Assembly: GCA_050260175.1 (NCBI GenBank)
Contig: JBLNBS010000042.1
Span: 1,544 to 65,543, forward strand
Length of the DNA stretch: 64,000 bases
Direction: 5' to 3'
DNA from: Patescibacteria group bacterium
Lineage (GTDB): Bacteria > Bacillota > UBA4882 > JAAYXC01
The position numbers and the translations under genes are program-made. How positions within the stretch are numbered: the stretch's first letter is position 1; the number at the start of each line of letters is the position of its first letter. Under the pieces are notes generated by a model. That model was not told the origin of the DNA. It saw nothing but the letters and a program-made list of their open reading frames with translations, and did not search any database. Positions 40,839 through 49,751 of this stretch are shown here, piece by piece.

Positions 40839-41392
40839 TGCGCGTCATCGCCGGGAGGTTCGGGGGGCGCAGGCTCAAGAGGCCGGTTCGCCTGGATCTG
40901 AGGCCCACCTCGGACAGGGTGCGCGAGTCGCTCTTCAATATTCTCGGCCCGCGGGTGGCCGGCGCCACGGTGCTTGATCTTTTTGCCGGCACGGGCGGCC
41001 TGGGCATCGAGGCCCTGAGCCGCGGGGCGTCCCGGGCCATCTTCGTGGAGAGGGATCGCCGGGCGGGGGACTTGATCCGGAGAAACCTCGCCATGCTGGG
41101 GCTCGGTTCCGGGGAGGCCGAGGTGCGCGGCGAGCCCGTGGCCGATGCCCTGGCGGCGTTGGCCGCGTGCGGGTGCCGGTTTGACCTTGTTTTGGCCGAT
41201 CCGCCTTACGGGGCGGGAGCCGCGCGGGACACGCTCGCGTCGCTGGCCCGCGGGGGGCTTGTTTCCCCGGGCGGCCTGGCGGTGTTGGAACACGCGGCAA
41301 AGGAAAGCATACCCGCGCCGGACGGCATGATCCTCGTGGACAGGCGCGGCTATGGCGATACCGCTCTCAGTTTTTTCAAGCCCGCGCCTTGA
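40838..41392 (+). CDS. rsmD: 16S rRNA (guanine966-N2)-methyltransferase RsmD
   Basis: [23 protein letters not shown] motif I and a DPPY motif IV. Confidence 0.75.
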   Translation: MRVIAGRFGGRRLKRPVRLDLRPTSDRVRESLFNILGPRVAGATVLDLFAGTGGLGIEALSRGASRAIFVERDRRAGDLIRRNLAMLGLGSGEAEVRGEPVADALAALAACGCRFDLVLADPPYGAGAARDTLASLARGGLVSPGGLAVLEHAAKESIPAPDGMILVDRRGYGDTALSFFKPAP

Positions 41393-41405
41393 ATCGGAGG
41401 GACTC

Positions 41406-41894
41406 ATGGGTAACGAGCTGGCCATCTGCCCCGGGAGCTTCGATCCCGTGACCTTGGGGCATCTCGACATCATCGAACGCATGGCGGCCATCTTTTCCCG
41501 TGCCATCGTGGCGGTCCTGGACAACCCGGCCAAGGCACCGCTTTTTTCCACGCTCGAGCGGTGCACCCTCCTGCGCAAGGCCACCAGCCACCTGGCCAAC
41601 GTGGAGGTCAAGCACTTCGACGGCCTTTTGGTAGAATTCGCCCGCGCCGAAGGAGCCAGGGTGATCGTGCGGGGCCTGCGGGCATTGGCCGACTTCGAGG
41701 CCGAGTTCCAGATGGCGCTCACCAACAAACACCTGGCGCCCGAGATCGAGACCGTCTTTATGGTGACCAGGCCGGAGTTTTCCTTTTTGAGCTCGAGCGG
41801 TGTCAAGGAGATCGTCCGTTTTGGGGGCAATGTCACGGGCCTGGTCACGCCGGCCGTGGAGGAGGCCCTCCTGGCCAAACGCGACCTGCTTTAG
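41406..41894 (+). CDS. coaD: phosphopantetheine adenylyltransferase
   Basis: [18 protein letters not shown] contains the HxGH nucleotidyltransferase motif. Confidence 0.85.
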   Translation: MGNELAICPGSFDPVTLGHLDIIERMAAIFSRAIVAVLDNPAKAPLFSTLERCTLLRKATSHLANVEVKHFDGLLVEFARAEGARVIVRGLRALADFEAEFQMALTNKHLAPEIETVFMVTRPEFSFLSSSGVKEIVRFGGNVTGLVTPAVEEALLAKRDLL

Positions 41895-42110
41895 ACCGTT
41901 TTGACAGGATTAACATGATTTTTAGATTTACACGGATTCTTGTCTATCTATTAGATTGTCTTTGTTAATGAAGTTGGGCCTAGAATCCTGTTAATCCCGT
42001 TAATCATGTAAATCATGTGATATCATTCCCTGTTTTACATGATTAAAACCATTTTGACAGGATTAACATGTCTATCGGTTTAAGACGGTTTTATACGCCG
42101 CTCTGGCGAG

Positions 42111-42569
42111 GTGAGACCCGTGGCCCGGCTCAGTGTCCTGATACTCCTCGACCGGTTGGAGGAAACCCTCAGCGGACGCTTTCGCCTGGGCGGGCGGGCC
42201 TGGGTGGATGGCGAAGCCGCCATGGAGCTCTTGCAGAAGATCCGCGCCGCCCTCCCGGACGAACTGCGCGAGGCCGAGTGGCTGACGAGCGAGAAAGACC
42301 GCCTGATCTACGAGGCGCAGGAGGAAGCGAAGCGGATCCTCCGCGACGCTGAAAATTACGGGGCCAAGCTGGTCCAGGACAGCCAGATCCTGCGCCAGGC
42401 CGAACAGAAGGCGGACGAGGTCATCGCCCAGGCCAGGCGCGAGGCGGCCGCCATCCAGGAGGACGGGCGCGCGTATGCGCGGCATGTCCTGGCCCAGCTC
42501 GAGGAGAACCTGGAAAAAGCCCTGCGCGTGGTGCGCAAGAGCCTGGACGACCTGGCCGGGCAGGAATGA
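42111..42569 (+). CDS. hypothetical coiled-coil protein (ATP-synthase-b/DivIVA-like heptads)
   Basis: Highly charged helical sequence. The true start may be the internal MELLQKIRAAL. Confidence 0.35.
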   Translation: MRPVARLSVLILLDRLEETLSGRFRLGGRAWVDGEAAMELLQKIRAALPDELREAEWLTSEKDRLIYEAQEEAKRILRDAENYGAKLVQDSQILRQAEQKADEVIAQARREAAAIQEDGRAYARHVLAQLEENLEKALRVVRKSLDDLAGQE

Positions 42570-43273
42570 AAATGGATCGCGGGATCAGGATCGCCATCGA
42601 CGGTCCCGCCGGTTCGGGCAAGGGGACCGCGGCCCGGCTCCTCGCGGCCAGGCTCGGGTATGTTCACATCGACACCGGCGCCATGTACCGCGCGATCACC
42701 CTCAAGGCCATGCGCGAGGGCATCGGGCCGGGCGAGGACGAAGCTCTCGCGGACTTGGCTGGACGGACGGAACTGCGTTTTGCCGGCGCGGAGCACGGAG
42801 TGGACGGCACTCCCGCCTGCCGCCTATTTATGGATGGCGAGGACGTGAGCGGGGAGATCCGCGGCGCCGCCGTGACGAATATGGTATCACCCGTCTCAGC
42901 CGTCCCCGGGGTGCGCAGGATTCTGGTCCGGCTCCAGCAGGAACTGGCCAGGGACGGCGGTGTGGTCATGGAGGGCCGAGACATCGGCTCGACGGTCCTG
43001 CCCGACGCCGAACTAAAGATTTACCTGGACGCGGACCCCGAGGAAAGGGCCAGGCGCCGGTGTCTCGAGGAGTCGAGGAAAGGCTTGCGCCCGGAAAAAG
43101 AGGAGATAAGAAGGCAGATCGAGCGCCGGGACCACCTGGACAGCCACCGGGCCGTCTCCCCGCTCAGGCCGGCACCGGGCGCGATCGTCATCGACACCAC
43201 GCAACTCTCTATCGACGAGGTCGTGGACCGTTTACTGGCCCTGGCCCGGGAAAGGGGCGCGCATGTTCTATAG
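42566..43273 (+). CDS. cmk: cytidylate kinase
   Basis: IAIDGPAGSGKGTAARLLA P-loop and a HIDTGAMYR motif. Confidence 0.85.
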   Translation: MKMDRGIRIAIDGPAGSGKGTAARLLAARLGYVHIDTGAMYRAITLKAMREGIGPGEDEALADLAGRTELRFAGAEHGVDGTPACRLFMDGEDVSGEIRGAAVTNMVSPVSAVPGVRRILVRLQQELARDGGVVMEGRDIGSTVLPDAELKIYLDADPEERARRRCLEESRKGLRPEKEEIRRQIERRDHLDSHRAVSPLRPAPGAIVIDTTQLSIDEVVDRLLALARERGAHVL

Positions 43274-43895
43274 GTTCATGGGTCTCATCATGCGTGCGAT
43301 CTTCGCCTCCCTGTACCGCTGGCGCGTGCGGGGCCGCGAGCATGTGCCGGCGGCGGGCGGGTGCGTTATCGTGGCGAACCACACCAATTTCGCCGATCCC
43401 CTGGTGCTGGGCAGCGCCATTCTCCCCGTGCGTGTCACCAGATTCATGGCCAAGGCCGAGATCTTTTCCTGGCCGGTCCTGGGCCTTCTGGCCCGCTGGC
43501 TGCAGGCCTTTCCGGTCCGCCGCGGCGTGGCGGATCGGCATGCCATCGCCACCGCCCTGCAGTTGGTCCGTGACGGCCAGGTGCTAGGCCTTTTCCCCGA
43601 GGGGACGAGGCACCGCGACGGGAGCCTGCACGAGTTGCGGAACGGCGCGGCCATGGTCCATCTCAATACCGGCGCTCCGATCGTGCCCGTGGGGCTCGCC
43701 GGCACGGAGCGGCTCAGGCTTTTCCGTTTCCCCCTCCTCTGCGTCCAGATCGGCCGCCCCCTGGCGCCGGTACGCACGGAGGGAATGTCGGATAAGGAGG
43801 CCATCGCCGCGGTCAACGCAGCCATCAGAGAGGGGCTCGAGGCGTCCATGGCCCAAGCGCGCGCCCTGCGCGCCGCAAGGGCGGGACGCGGCTGA
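43263..43895 (+). CDS. plsC: 1-acyl-sn-glycerol-3-phosphate acyltransferase
   Basis: NHTNFADP (HX4D) motif and a FPEGTR motif. Confidence 0.8.
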   Translation: MFYRFMGLIMRAIFASLYRWRVRGREHVPAAGGCVIVANHTNFADPLVLGSAILPVRVTRFMAKAEIFSWPVLGLLARWLQAFPVRRGVADRHAIATALQLVRDGQVLGLFPEGTRHRDGSLHELRNGAAMVHLNTGAPIVPVGLAGTERLRLFRFPLLCVQIGRPLAPVRTEGMSDKEAIAAVNAAIREGLEASMAQARALRAARAGRG

Positions 43896-44740
43896 TGCGG
43901 GTCACGCTGGCGCCCGGCGCCGGTTTCTGTTTCGGGGTCAGACGCGCGGTGGAACTGGCCGAAAAGACCGTGGCGCGCGCCGCGGGGCCGGTCGCCACCC
44001 TCGGCCCGCTCATCCACAACCCGACCGTGGTGCAGTCCCTGGCAAAAAGAGGGGTCAGGGCCGTGCGCACGCCGGAGGAGGCGGCCGGGGGAACGCTGAT
44101 CATCCGTTCGCACGGCGCCCCTCCGGAAGTTTTTGCGGCCGCGGCCCGGCTCGGGCTTACGGTGGTGGATGCCACCTGCCCCTTCGTCCGCAAGGCGCAG
44201 CGCTTGGCGCGCCGCCTGGCCGAAGGCGGCTACCAGGTGGTGATCGTGGGAGATCCCGAGCATCCAGAGATACAGGCTGTGGCGGCGGGCGCGGGGCCGG
44301 CGCTGGTGGCGGCCGATGCCGCCGATCTCCCCGCGTCGGATCTCAGGCCGAGGGTGGGCGTGGTCTGCCAGACCACCATGGCGCCGGAGCCCCTGGCGCG
44401 GGTGGCGGGAGCCCTTGCTCCGCGTTGCCGCGAGCTGGTGGTGCATAATACCATCTGCACGGCCACCTTTGACCGGCAGCGCGCTGCGGCCGAACTGGCA
44501 AAGAAGGTAGAGGTCATGGTCGTGGTGGGGGGCCGCGAGAGCGCCAACACAGCCCGCCTGGCCGGGATCTGCCGGGAGATCGTCCCGACATACCAGATCG
44601 AGGGACCGGAGGATCTTGACCCCGACTGGTTCAGGGGGGTCGGGGAAGTGGGCTTGGCCGCGGGCGCGTCCACGCCCGTTGAACAGATAGAGGCCACACG
44701 GAAGTATTTACAGGAGTTGACAGTGGAGGGAAGAGCATGA
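43895..44740 (+). CDS. ispH: 4-hydroxy-3-methylbut-2-enyl diphosphate reductase
   Basis: LytB/IspH family with conserved cysteines and HNP/SAN motifs. Found in the cmk-plsC-ispH-S1 arrangement common in Clostridia-like Firmicutes. Confidence 0.85.
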   Translation: MRVTLAPGAGFCFGVRRAVELAEKTVARAAGPVATLGPLIHNPTVVQSLAKRGVRAVRTPEEAAGGTLIIRSHGAPPEVFAAAARLGLTVVDATCPFVRKAQRLARRLAEGGYQVVIVGDPEHPEIQAVAAGAGPALVAADAADLPASDLRPRVGVVCQTTMAPEPLARVAGALAPRCRELVVHNTICTATFDRQRAAAELAKKVEVMVVVGGRESANTARLAGICREIVPTYQIEGPEDLDPDWFRGVGEVGLAAGASTPVEQIEATRKYLQELTVEGRA

Positions 44741-45963
44741 CGGACGAGAGGGACGATCTGGCGCTTGGGCCGCAAGCGGAGACCAAGGCGGATACCGGGG
44801 AAGAGGAGATGGATCTGTCCGCGCAGGAGATCAGGGACGGACTGCTCTCCGCGGCCAGGAGCTTTAGCGAGGGGGAGATCGTACCGGCCAGGGTGGTCCA
44901 GGTCCAGGACGACCTGGCCTTTGTGGATATCGGCGGGAAATCCGATCTGCCGATCCCCAGGGAGGAGCTGTCGCTGCAACCGGTCGCCTCGGCCAGGGAA
45001 GCGGTGGCCCCCGGGGACGAGATCCGGGTGATGGTGGTCAAGGCCGATGAGGACAAGGGGATCGAGCTCTCCAAGAAGCGCGCCGACCAGGAGGAACGCT
45101 GGCTCGCGCTGGAGAAGGCCCTCGCTGATGGCGGCGATGTCACCGGCCGCGTGACCGAGACCACCAAGGGCGGCCTGGTGGTGGATGTGGGCGTGCGGGG
45201 TTTCGTGCCCGCCTCCCAGGCCGCGCTGGGTTTCGTGCAGGATCTCGCGCCGATGGTGGGGGAGACCTGGGTGATGCGCCTCCTGGAGGTGGACCGGGCC
45301 GAGCGCCGGGTGGTGCTCTCGCGCCGGGCGATCCTCGCCGAGGAGCAGGCCAGGCGGGAGGCTGAGGCCTTCGCCAGGATCAAGGAGGGCGATGTCCTGC
45401 CCGGCCGCGTGGCGCGCCTGGCCGGTTTCGGGGCCTTCATCGATCTGGGCGGCGTGGAAGGCCTCCTCCATGTCTCGGAGATCGCCTGGGAACGGGTGAA
45501 CAACCCCGCCGACCGCCTGGCCGTGGGCGAGGAGCTCAAGGTCCAGGTCATCAAGGTCGATCCCGAGGCCAAGCGGATCTCCCTGAGCCTCAAGTCGCTG
45601 CAGCCCCACCCCTGGGCCGGCGTGGCCGACCGCTTTCCCGAAGGGTCGGTACACACCGGCAAGGTGGTGCGCATCGCCCCGTTCGGCGCCTTCGTGCGCC
45701 TGGCCGAGGGCATCGACGGCCTGGTCCATGTCTCGCAGATGGCCGAGAAACGCGTCAACCGGCCCGAGGATGTGGTCAGGACGGGCCAGGAGGTCGCCGT
45801 CAAGGTGCTCAAGGTGGACCAGGATCAGAAGAGGCTCAGCCTCTCCATGCGCGCCGTCTCCGAGGAGGCCGAAAAGGAGCAGGTCCAGTCCTACCTCAAC
45901 CGGCAGGACGAGACGGTCATCACCATCGGGGACCTGATCAGGGTCAAGAAGGAGAGGAAATGA
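44737..45963 (+). CDS. 30S ribosomal protein S1 homolog (four S1 domains)
   Basis: Repeated S1 RNA-binding domains (GxV...GFVP / GLLHVSE motifs). Confidence 0.8.
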   Translation: MTDERDDLALGPQAETKADTGEEEMDLSAQEIRDGLLSAARSFSEGEIVPARVVQVQDDLAFVDIGGKSDLPIPREELSLQPVASAREAVAPGDEIRVMVVKADEDKGIELSKKRADQEERWLALEKALADGGDVTGRVTETTKGGLVVDVGVRGFVPASQAALGFVQDLAPMVGETWVMRLLEVDRAERRVVLSRRAILAEEQARREAEAFARIKEGDVLPGRVARLAGFGAFIDLGGVEGLLHVSEIAWERVNNPADRLAVGEELKVQVIKVDPEAKRISLSLKSLQPHPWAGVADRFPEGSVHTGKVVRIAPFGAFVRLAEGIDGLVHVSQMAEKRVNRPEDVVRTGQEVAVKVLKVDQDQKRLSLSMRAVSEEAEKEQVQSYLNRQDETVITIGDLIRVKKERK

Positions 45964-46169
45964 CCTTCCTTCGCTGAGGCCAGGGAGGGTTATTGAACCT
46001 GACCCCCGGCGGCGATATGTTGATTACAGGGCTTTCGAAAGGTCTTTCAGGTGTAGCCCCGGGATTCATCTCCTACCCACGATGGGTAAAAGACTGCGAC
46101 GACCAAGGATGGTCCAAAGCAGCTCCCCGGGTTTAAAGAACGGGTTTTTCACACCGTTTTTAGATGTTG

Positions 46170-46198
46170 CGGCAGGCTATTAGCCTGCCGTGTTTTTC
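46170..46198 (+). terminator. rho-independent terminator
   Basis: GCGGCAGGC-TATTA-GCCTGCCG followed by TGTTTTT. Confidence 0.75.
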
Positions 46199-46402
46199 CA
46201 AGCATGGTCCGGACATACTTACCCAACCCTCCCCATGCTCCGGTCAAGTAATGATGAATTGAGAATTTAATTCTTTATTTTTCATTCTACATTCATCATT
46301 ATTTATCGCCGCAAGGCGTCCCCGCCCATCTCCTGCCATCTCTCCTCCCGCATACCCGCACCTCCCGCCGGCCATCCTAAGCCGGAAAGGTGGCGGGTTG
46401 CC

Positions 46403-47092
46403 TTGGCTCTCGGCCTGATCCTCCTCGCGGTCGTTTCCGTCCTGGTCCTTTTGGGCCTGGCCCACAGGGTGCTGGATCGGATGTACCTCTCGGACGGGGG
46501 GGCCCTGCTCTTCCTCGGCGGCATGATCGCGGGCAGCTTCATCGAGATCCCCCTCTTGCGCGGGCCGAATCCTGTTTCCATCAACGTCGGCGGGGCCATC
46601 CTCCCGGCGGGCCTGGCGGTGTATGTGCTGTCGCGGGCCGGCACGGCGTGGGAGAAATGGCGGGCCATTATCGCCGCCGTCGTGACAGCCGGGGCAGTCT
46701 ACGCGCTGGCGAAGTTCGTCAATTTTGGCGAAAAGCAGATGCCCCTCGATCCCCTCTACCTCTTTGCGATCCTGGCGGGGACCGTCGCCTATCTCGTCGG
46801 GCGGTCGCGCCGGACGGCCTTTATCTCCGCCACGCTGGGCCTGCTCCTCATGGATGTGGTCCATGTCTTCGAGGTGCGGGCCATGGGCACGCGGGCTGCC
46901 ACGCGGATCGGGGGAGCCGGGGCCTTTGACAGCATCATCCTGGCGGGATTGCTTGCCGTGGCGCTGACCGAGATCTTTGGCGAGACCAGGGAACGCCTGG
47001 GCGGCGGGCCGTACGACGCCGAACATAGGCCGGCGGGGCTGCGGCGGGAAGAGATCCTGGAACGCCTCGGCGACGACAGGGGAAAGAGGTGA
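46403..47092 (+). CDS. DUF1614-like integral membrane protein
   Basis: Multiple hydrophobic helices. TTG start with RBS GGAAAGGTGG. Confidence 0.5.
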   Translation: MALGLILLAVVSVLVLLGLAHRVLDRMYLSDGGALLFLGGMIAGSFIEIPLLRGPNPVSINVGGAILPAGLAVYVLSRAGTAWEKWRAIIAAVVTAGAVYALAKFVNFGEKQMPLDPLYLFAILAGTVAYLVGRSRRTAFISATLGLLLMDVVHVFEVRAMGTRAATRIGGAGAFDSIILAGLLAVALTEIFGETRERLGGGPYDAEHRPAGLRREEILERLGDDRGKR

Positions 47093-48249
47093 TCTCCATG
47101 CGCAGGGCTGTACTGTTCCTCGCCCTCCTCCTGGTCATTGCGGCCGTCACCCCGCCGGCGCTGGCCGAGGACGAACGGCGATCCGGGTACTTCACGCTCG
47201 TGGACATCGATACGGGCCGGGCCCTCTGCCGCACGGGGCACGTGGTCCGCGCAGGCGATCAATACATGACGGACGGCAACCTCCTCTACAGTGTCGTTCG
47301 CGTGCGCGGCGACAGTGCATACGCGCGGTTCGTGCGCCGGATCAACCTCGACCGCGCGCTGGCCAATGCCCGCCAGGGCTGGCTCGCCGGGATCTGGCGG
47401 GCGGCCGTCTCCTTCCTGGCCGGCGGTAGACCGACCGGCCCGGTGGCCATCTACCACACGCACGGCGACGAGTCGTACGTGCCCACGGACGGTACGGCGA
47501 GCAGGAAAGGGGAGGGCGGCATCTACCAGGTGGGGCGGTCGCTGGCGGCCCGGCTCCGCCGGCGGGGGCTGCCGGTCGAGCATTCCTACGCCAGCCATGA
47601 ACCGCATGACGGCATGGCTTACGAGCGTTCCCGGCGCACGGCCGCGTCGCTGTTGCGCAAGAACCCGGCGGCCCTCTTTGACATCCACCGCGACGCCGGC
47701 CCCCGTTCGGAGTATGCCTCGGTCGTGGACAACCAGGGCGTGACCAAGGTCCAGATCGTGCTCGGCCGCAGCAACCCGAACCTCAAGGCCAACGAGTCGT
47801 TCGCCTGGCGCCTCAAGTCGGTGGTGGACAAGAAGTACCCGGGGCTGATCAAGGGCATCTTTTACGGCTCGGGCAAGTACAATCAGGATCTCTCGCCCCG
47901 GGCGCTCCTTTTGGAACTGGGCACCGAGGCCAACAGCAAGCAGGCCGCGGAGCGGGGGGCCAGTATCTTCGGCGAGGCGGCCGTCAGCGTGATTGAGGCC
48001 GGGACGCGGGGCGGCGTCGCGGGCCGGTTCGGCGGCAACAGCGGCGCCTGGCGCGCGATTCTGTACGTCTTGGGCGGTGTGCTGGTCGTGGCCGTGTTCT
48101 TTCTCTTACTCAACGCCGGTTCGTTCAGAGGCGCCGCCAGTAATCTGGGCGGGTTCTTCCGGCGTGAATTCGCCAGCGCCATGGGCGACCGGAAACGCTC
48201 CAACCGGCGCAAGGAAGACAAGGGCGGCCGGCATCGAAACAGACGGTAA
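47089..48249 (+). CDS. spoIIP: stage II sporulation protein P (SpoIIP)
   Basis: N-terminal TM, IYHTHGDESY and DIHRDAG motifs characteristic of the SpoIIP amidase/peptidase family, and a basic tail. Confidence 0.75.
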   Translation: MISMRRAVLFLALLLVIAAVTPPALAEDERRSGYFTLVDIDTGRALCRTGHVVRAGDQYMTDGNLLYSVVRVRGDSAYARFVRRINLDRALANARQGWLAGIWRAAVSFLAGGRPTGPVAIYHTHGDESYVPTDGTASRKGEGGIYQVGRSLAARLRRRGLPVEHSYASHEPHDGMAYERSRRTAASLLRKNPAALFDIHRDAGPRSEYASVVDNQGVTKVQIVLGRSNPNLKANESFAWRLKSVVDKKYPGLIKGIFYGSGKYNQDLSPRALLLELGTEANSKQAAERGASIFGEAAVSVIEAGTRGGVAGRFGGNSGAWRAILYVLGGVLVVAVFFLLLNAGSFRGAASNLGGFFRREFASAMGDRKRSNRRKEDKGGRHRNRR

Positions 48250-48253
48250 CGGC

Positions 48254-48718
48254 GTGCGGATCGAGCGGATCGTCTATCAGTGCCGATCGGGCGCCCATGC
48301 GGCGCCCGTGGCCGCCGCCATCCACCTGGGCCTGCTGCCCGCCGGGCGCCGCCCGACCCGCCGGGAGATCGCCGCGGTGCCCGGCTTCGATCGCCTCGGC
48401 CCACACGATCTGGGTTTCCTCCATGCATGCGGGCGCGGCCCGGACGGATGCGAGGTCTTCGTCATGGGCGTGGGCCGGCACGCGGATCTGGCGCGCCGCG
48501 CGGCCGGCGCGGCGGGGAATCTGGCGGGGCTCGATCCCCTGAGTTTCGCCTTTGTGGATTGCTCGCGCGTCCCCGGCCCCCTATGGCAGGCGGCGGGGCG
48601 CCTGGTGCAATTGATCCTGGGCCGCGGAGCGCGGCGCGCTTTCCTGGCGGCGGCGCTCGCCAGGTCTTACCCAGTACTGGCCCGCATCGCTGGAGATGGG
48701 GGCCGGATCTCTCCGTGA
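48254..48718 (+). CDS. DUF3189-like protein (tandem paralog A)
   Basis: IVYQCRSGAHAAPVAAAIHLGLL. GTG start. Its stop overlaps the next gene's start (GTGA). Confidence 0.5.
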   Translation: MRIERIVYQCRSGAHAAPVAAAIHLGLLPAGRRPTRREIAAVPGFDRLGPHDLGFLHACGRGPDGCEVFVMGVGRHADLARRAAGAAGNLAGLDPLSFAFVDCSRVPGPLWQAAGRLVQLILGRGARRAFLAAALARSYPVLARIAGDGGRISP

Positions 48719-49176
48719 GGGTCTTTTACCAGTGTTTCGGCAGGGCGCACAGCTCCATCGCCGCTGCCCATCTGCACCTGGGGCATCTCAGCGCGCGGGG
48801 GGTGCCGAGCCTCGGGGAGATCATGGCTCTGCCCTATTTCGACCGGTCCGGCGTGGAGGATTTCGGCGTGCCTCTGGCCTTTGGCAAAGACGCGGCCGGC
48901 CACGAGATCTTCGCCCTGGGCCTGGGCATGGCGGCGCCGGCCGGATTGGGGGCTATCGCCAGCATGTTCCGCCTGGCCGGGGAGGAAGGCCCTTTGATCG
49001 TGGACACGCTGTCCGGCCTGGGGCTTTTGGCCCGCGTCGGCGGGGCCCTCTCGCGCCAGCTCGGCCTGGTGGCTCTGGGCCGGCCGTTGGTGGCTCACGG
49101 CTTGCGGCGGGCCTATCCCAGGCTCGTGGAGACGGTGGCCGGAGTCAAGCGTTTTCTGGAGGAAGTGACGGGATGA
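48715..49176 (+). CDS. DUF3189-like protein (tandem paralog B)
   Basis: VFYQCFGRAHSSIAAAHLHLGHL parallels paralog A. Confidence 0.5.
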   Translation: MRVFYQCFGRAHSSIAAAHLHLGHLSARGVPSLGEIMALPYFDRSGVEDFGVPLAFGKDAAGHEIFALGLGMAAPAGLGAIASMFRLAGEEGPLIVDTLSGLGLLARVGGALSRQLGLVALGRPLVAHGLRRAYPRLVETVAGVKRFLEEVTG

Positions 49177-49751
49177 CGGTCGAGGCGGGGATAAAAGAGG
49201 TCATCGTGGTCACCGACGGGGATGCCACGGCCCGGAGGGTGCTCGAGCGGGTGGCCGGCAACGTGGGGGGGCGCTGCATCTCGCTCTCGGCCGGCAATCC
49301 GACGGATGTGACGGGGGACAGGCTGGTTGACGCGATCAAGGAGGCCAAGGGCAATCCCGTCCTGGTCATGGTGGACGACGGCGGCAAACGCGGCGCCGGG
49401 CCGGGGGAACGGGCGCTGTCCGCCATCGCCGACGATCCGGCGATCCGGGTGATCGGGGCCATTGCGGTCGCCTCGGATACCAGCCGGGTCGAGGGCGTTG
49501 AGGTTGCCGCCTCCGTGGACCGGGAAGGCCGGATCATACCATCCCAGGCCGTGGACAAGAACGGCCTGCCCCGGACCTCGGACCGGATCAGCGGGGATAC
49601 GGTCGATGTCTTGAACCGCCTGCATGTGCCGGTGGTCATCGGCTTGGGCGATCTGGGCAAGATGGACGACGCGGACCGGGTGGAGGCCGGGGCGGAGATC
49701 ACCACCCGGGCGGTGCGGGAGATCCTGCGGAGGGCCGGCCGCCGTGGGTGA
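49173..49751 (+). CDS. small Toprim-like domain protein
   Basis: IKEVIVVTDGDATARRV...PVLVMVDDGG resembles Toprim (RNase M5/primase-like) acidic motifs. ATGA overlap with the upstream gene. Confidence 0.4.
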   Translation: MTVEAGIKEVIVVTDGDATARRVLERVAGNVGGRCISLSAGNPTDVTGDRLVDAIKEAKGNPVLVMVDDGGKRGAGPGERALSAIADDPAIRVIGAIAVASDTSRVEGVEVAASVDREGRIIPSQAVDKNGLPRTSDRISGDTVDVLNRLHVPVVIGLGDLGKMDDADRVEAGAEITTRAVREILRRAGRRG

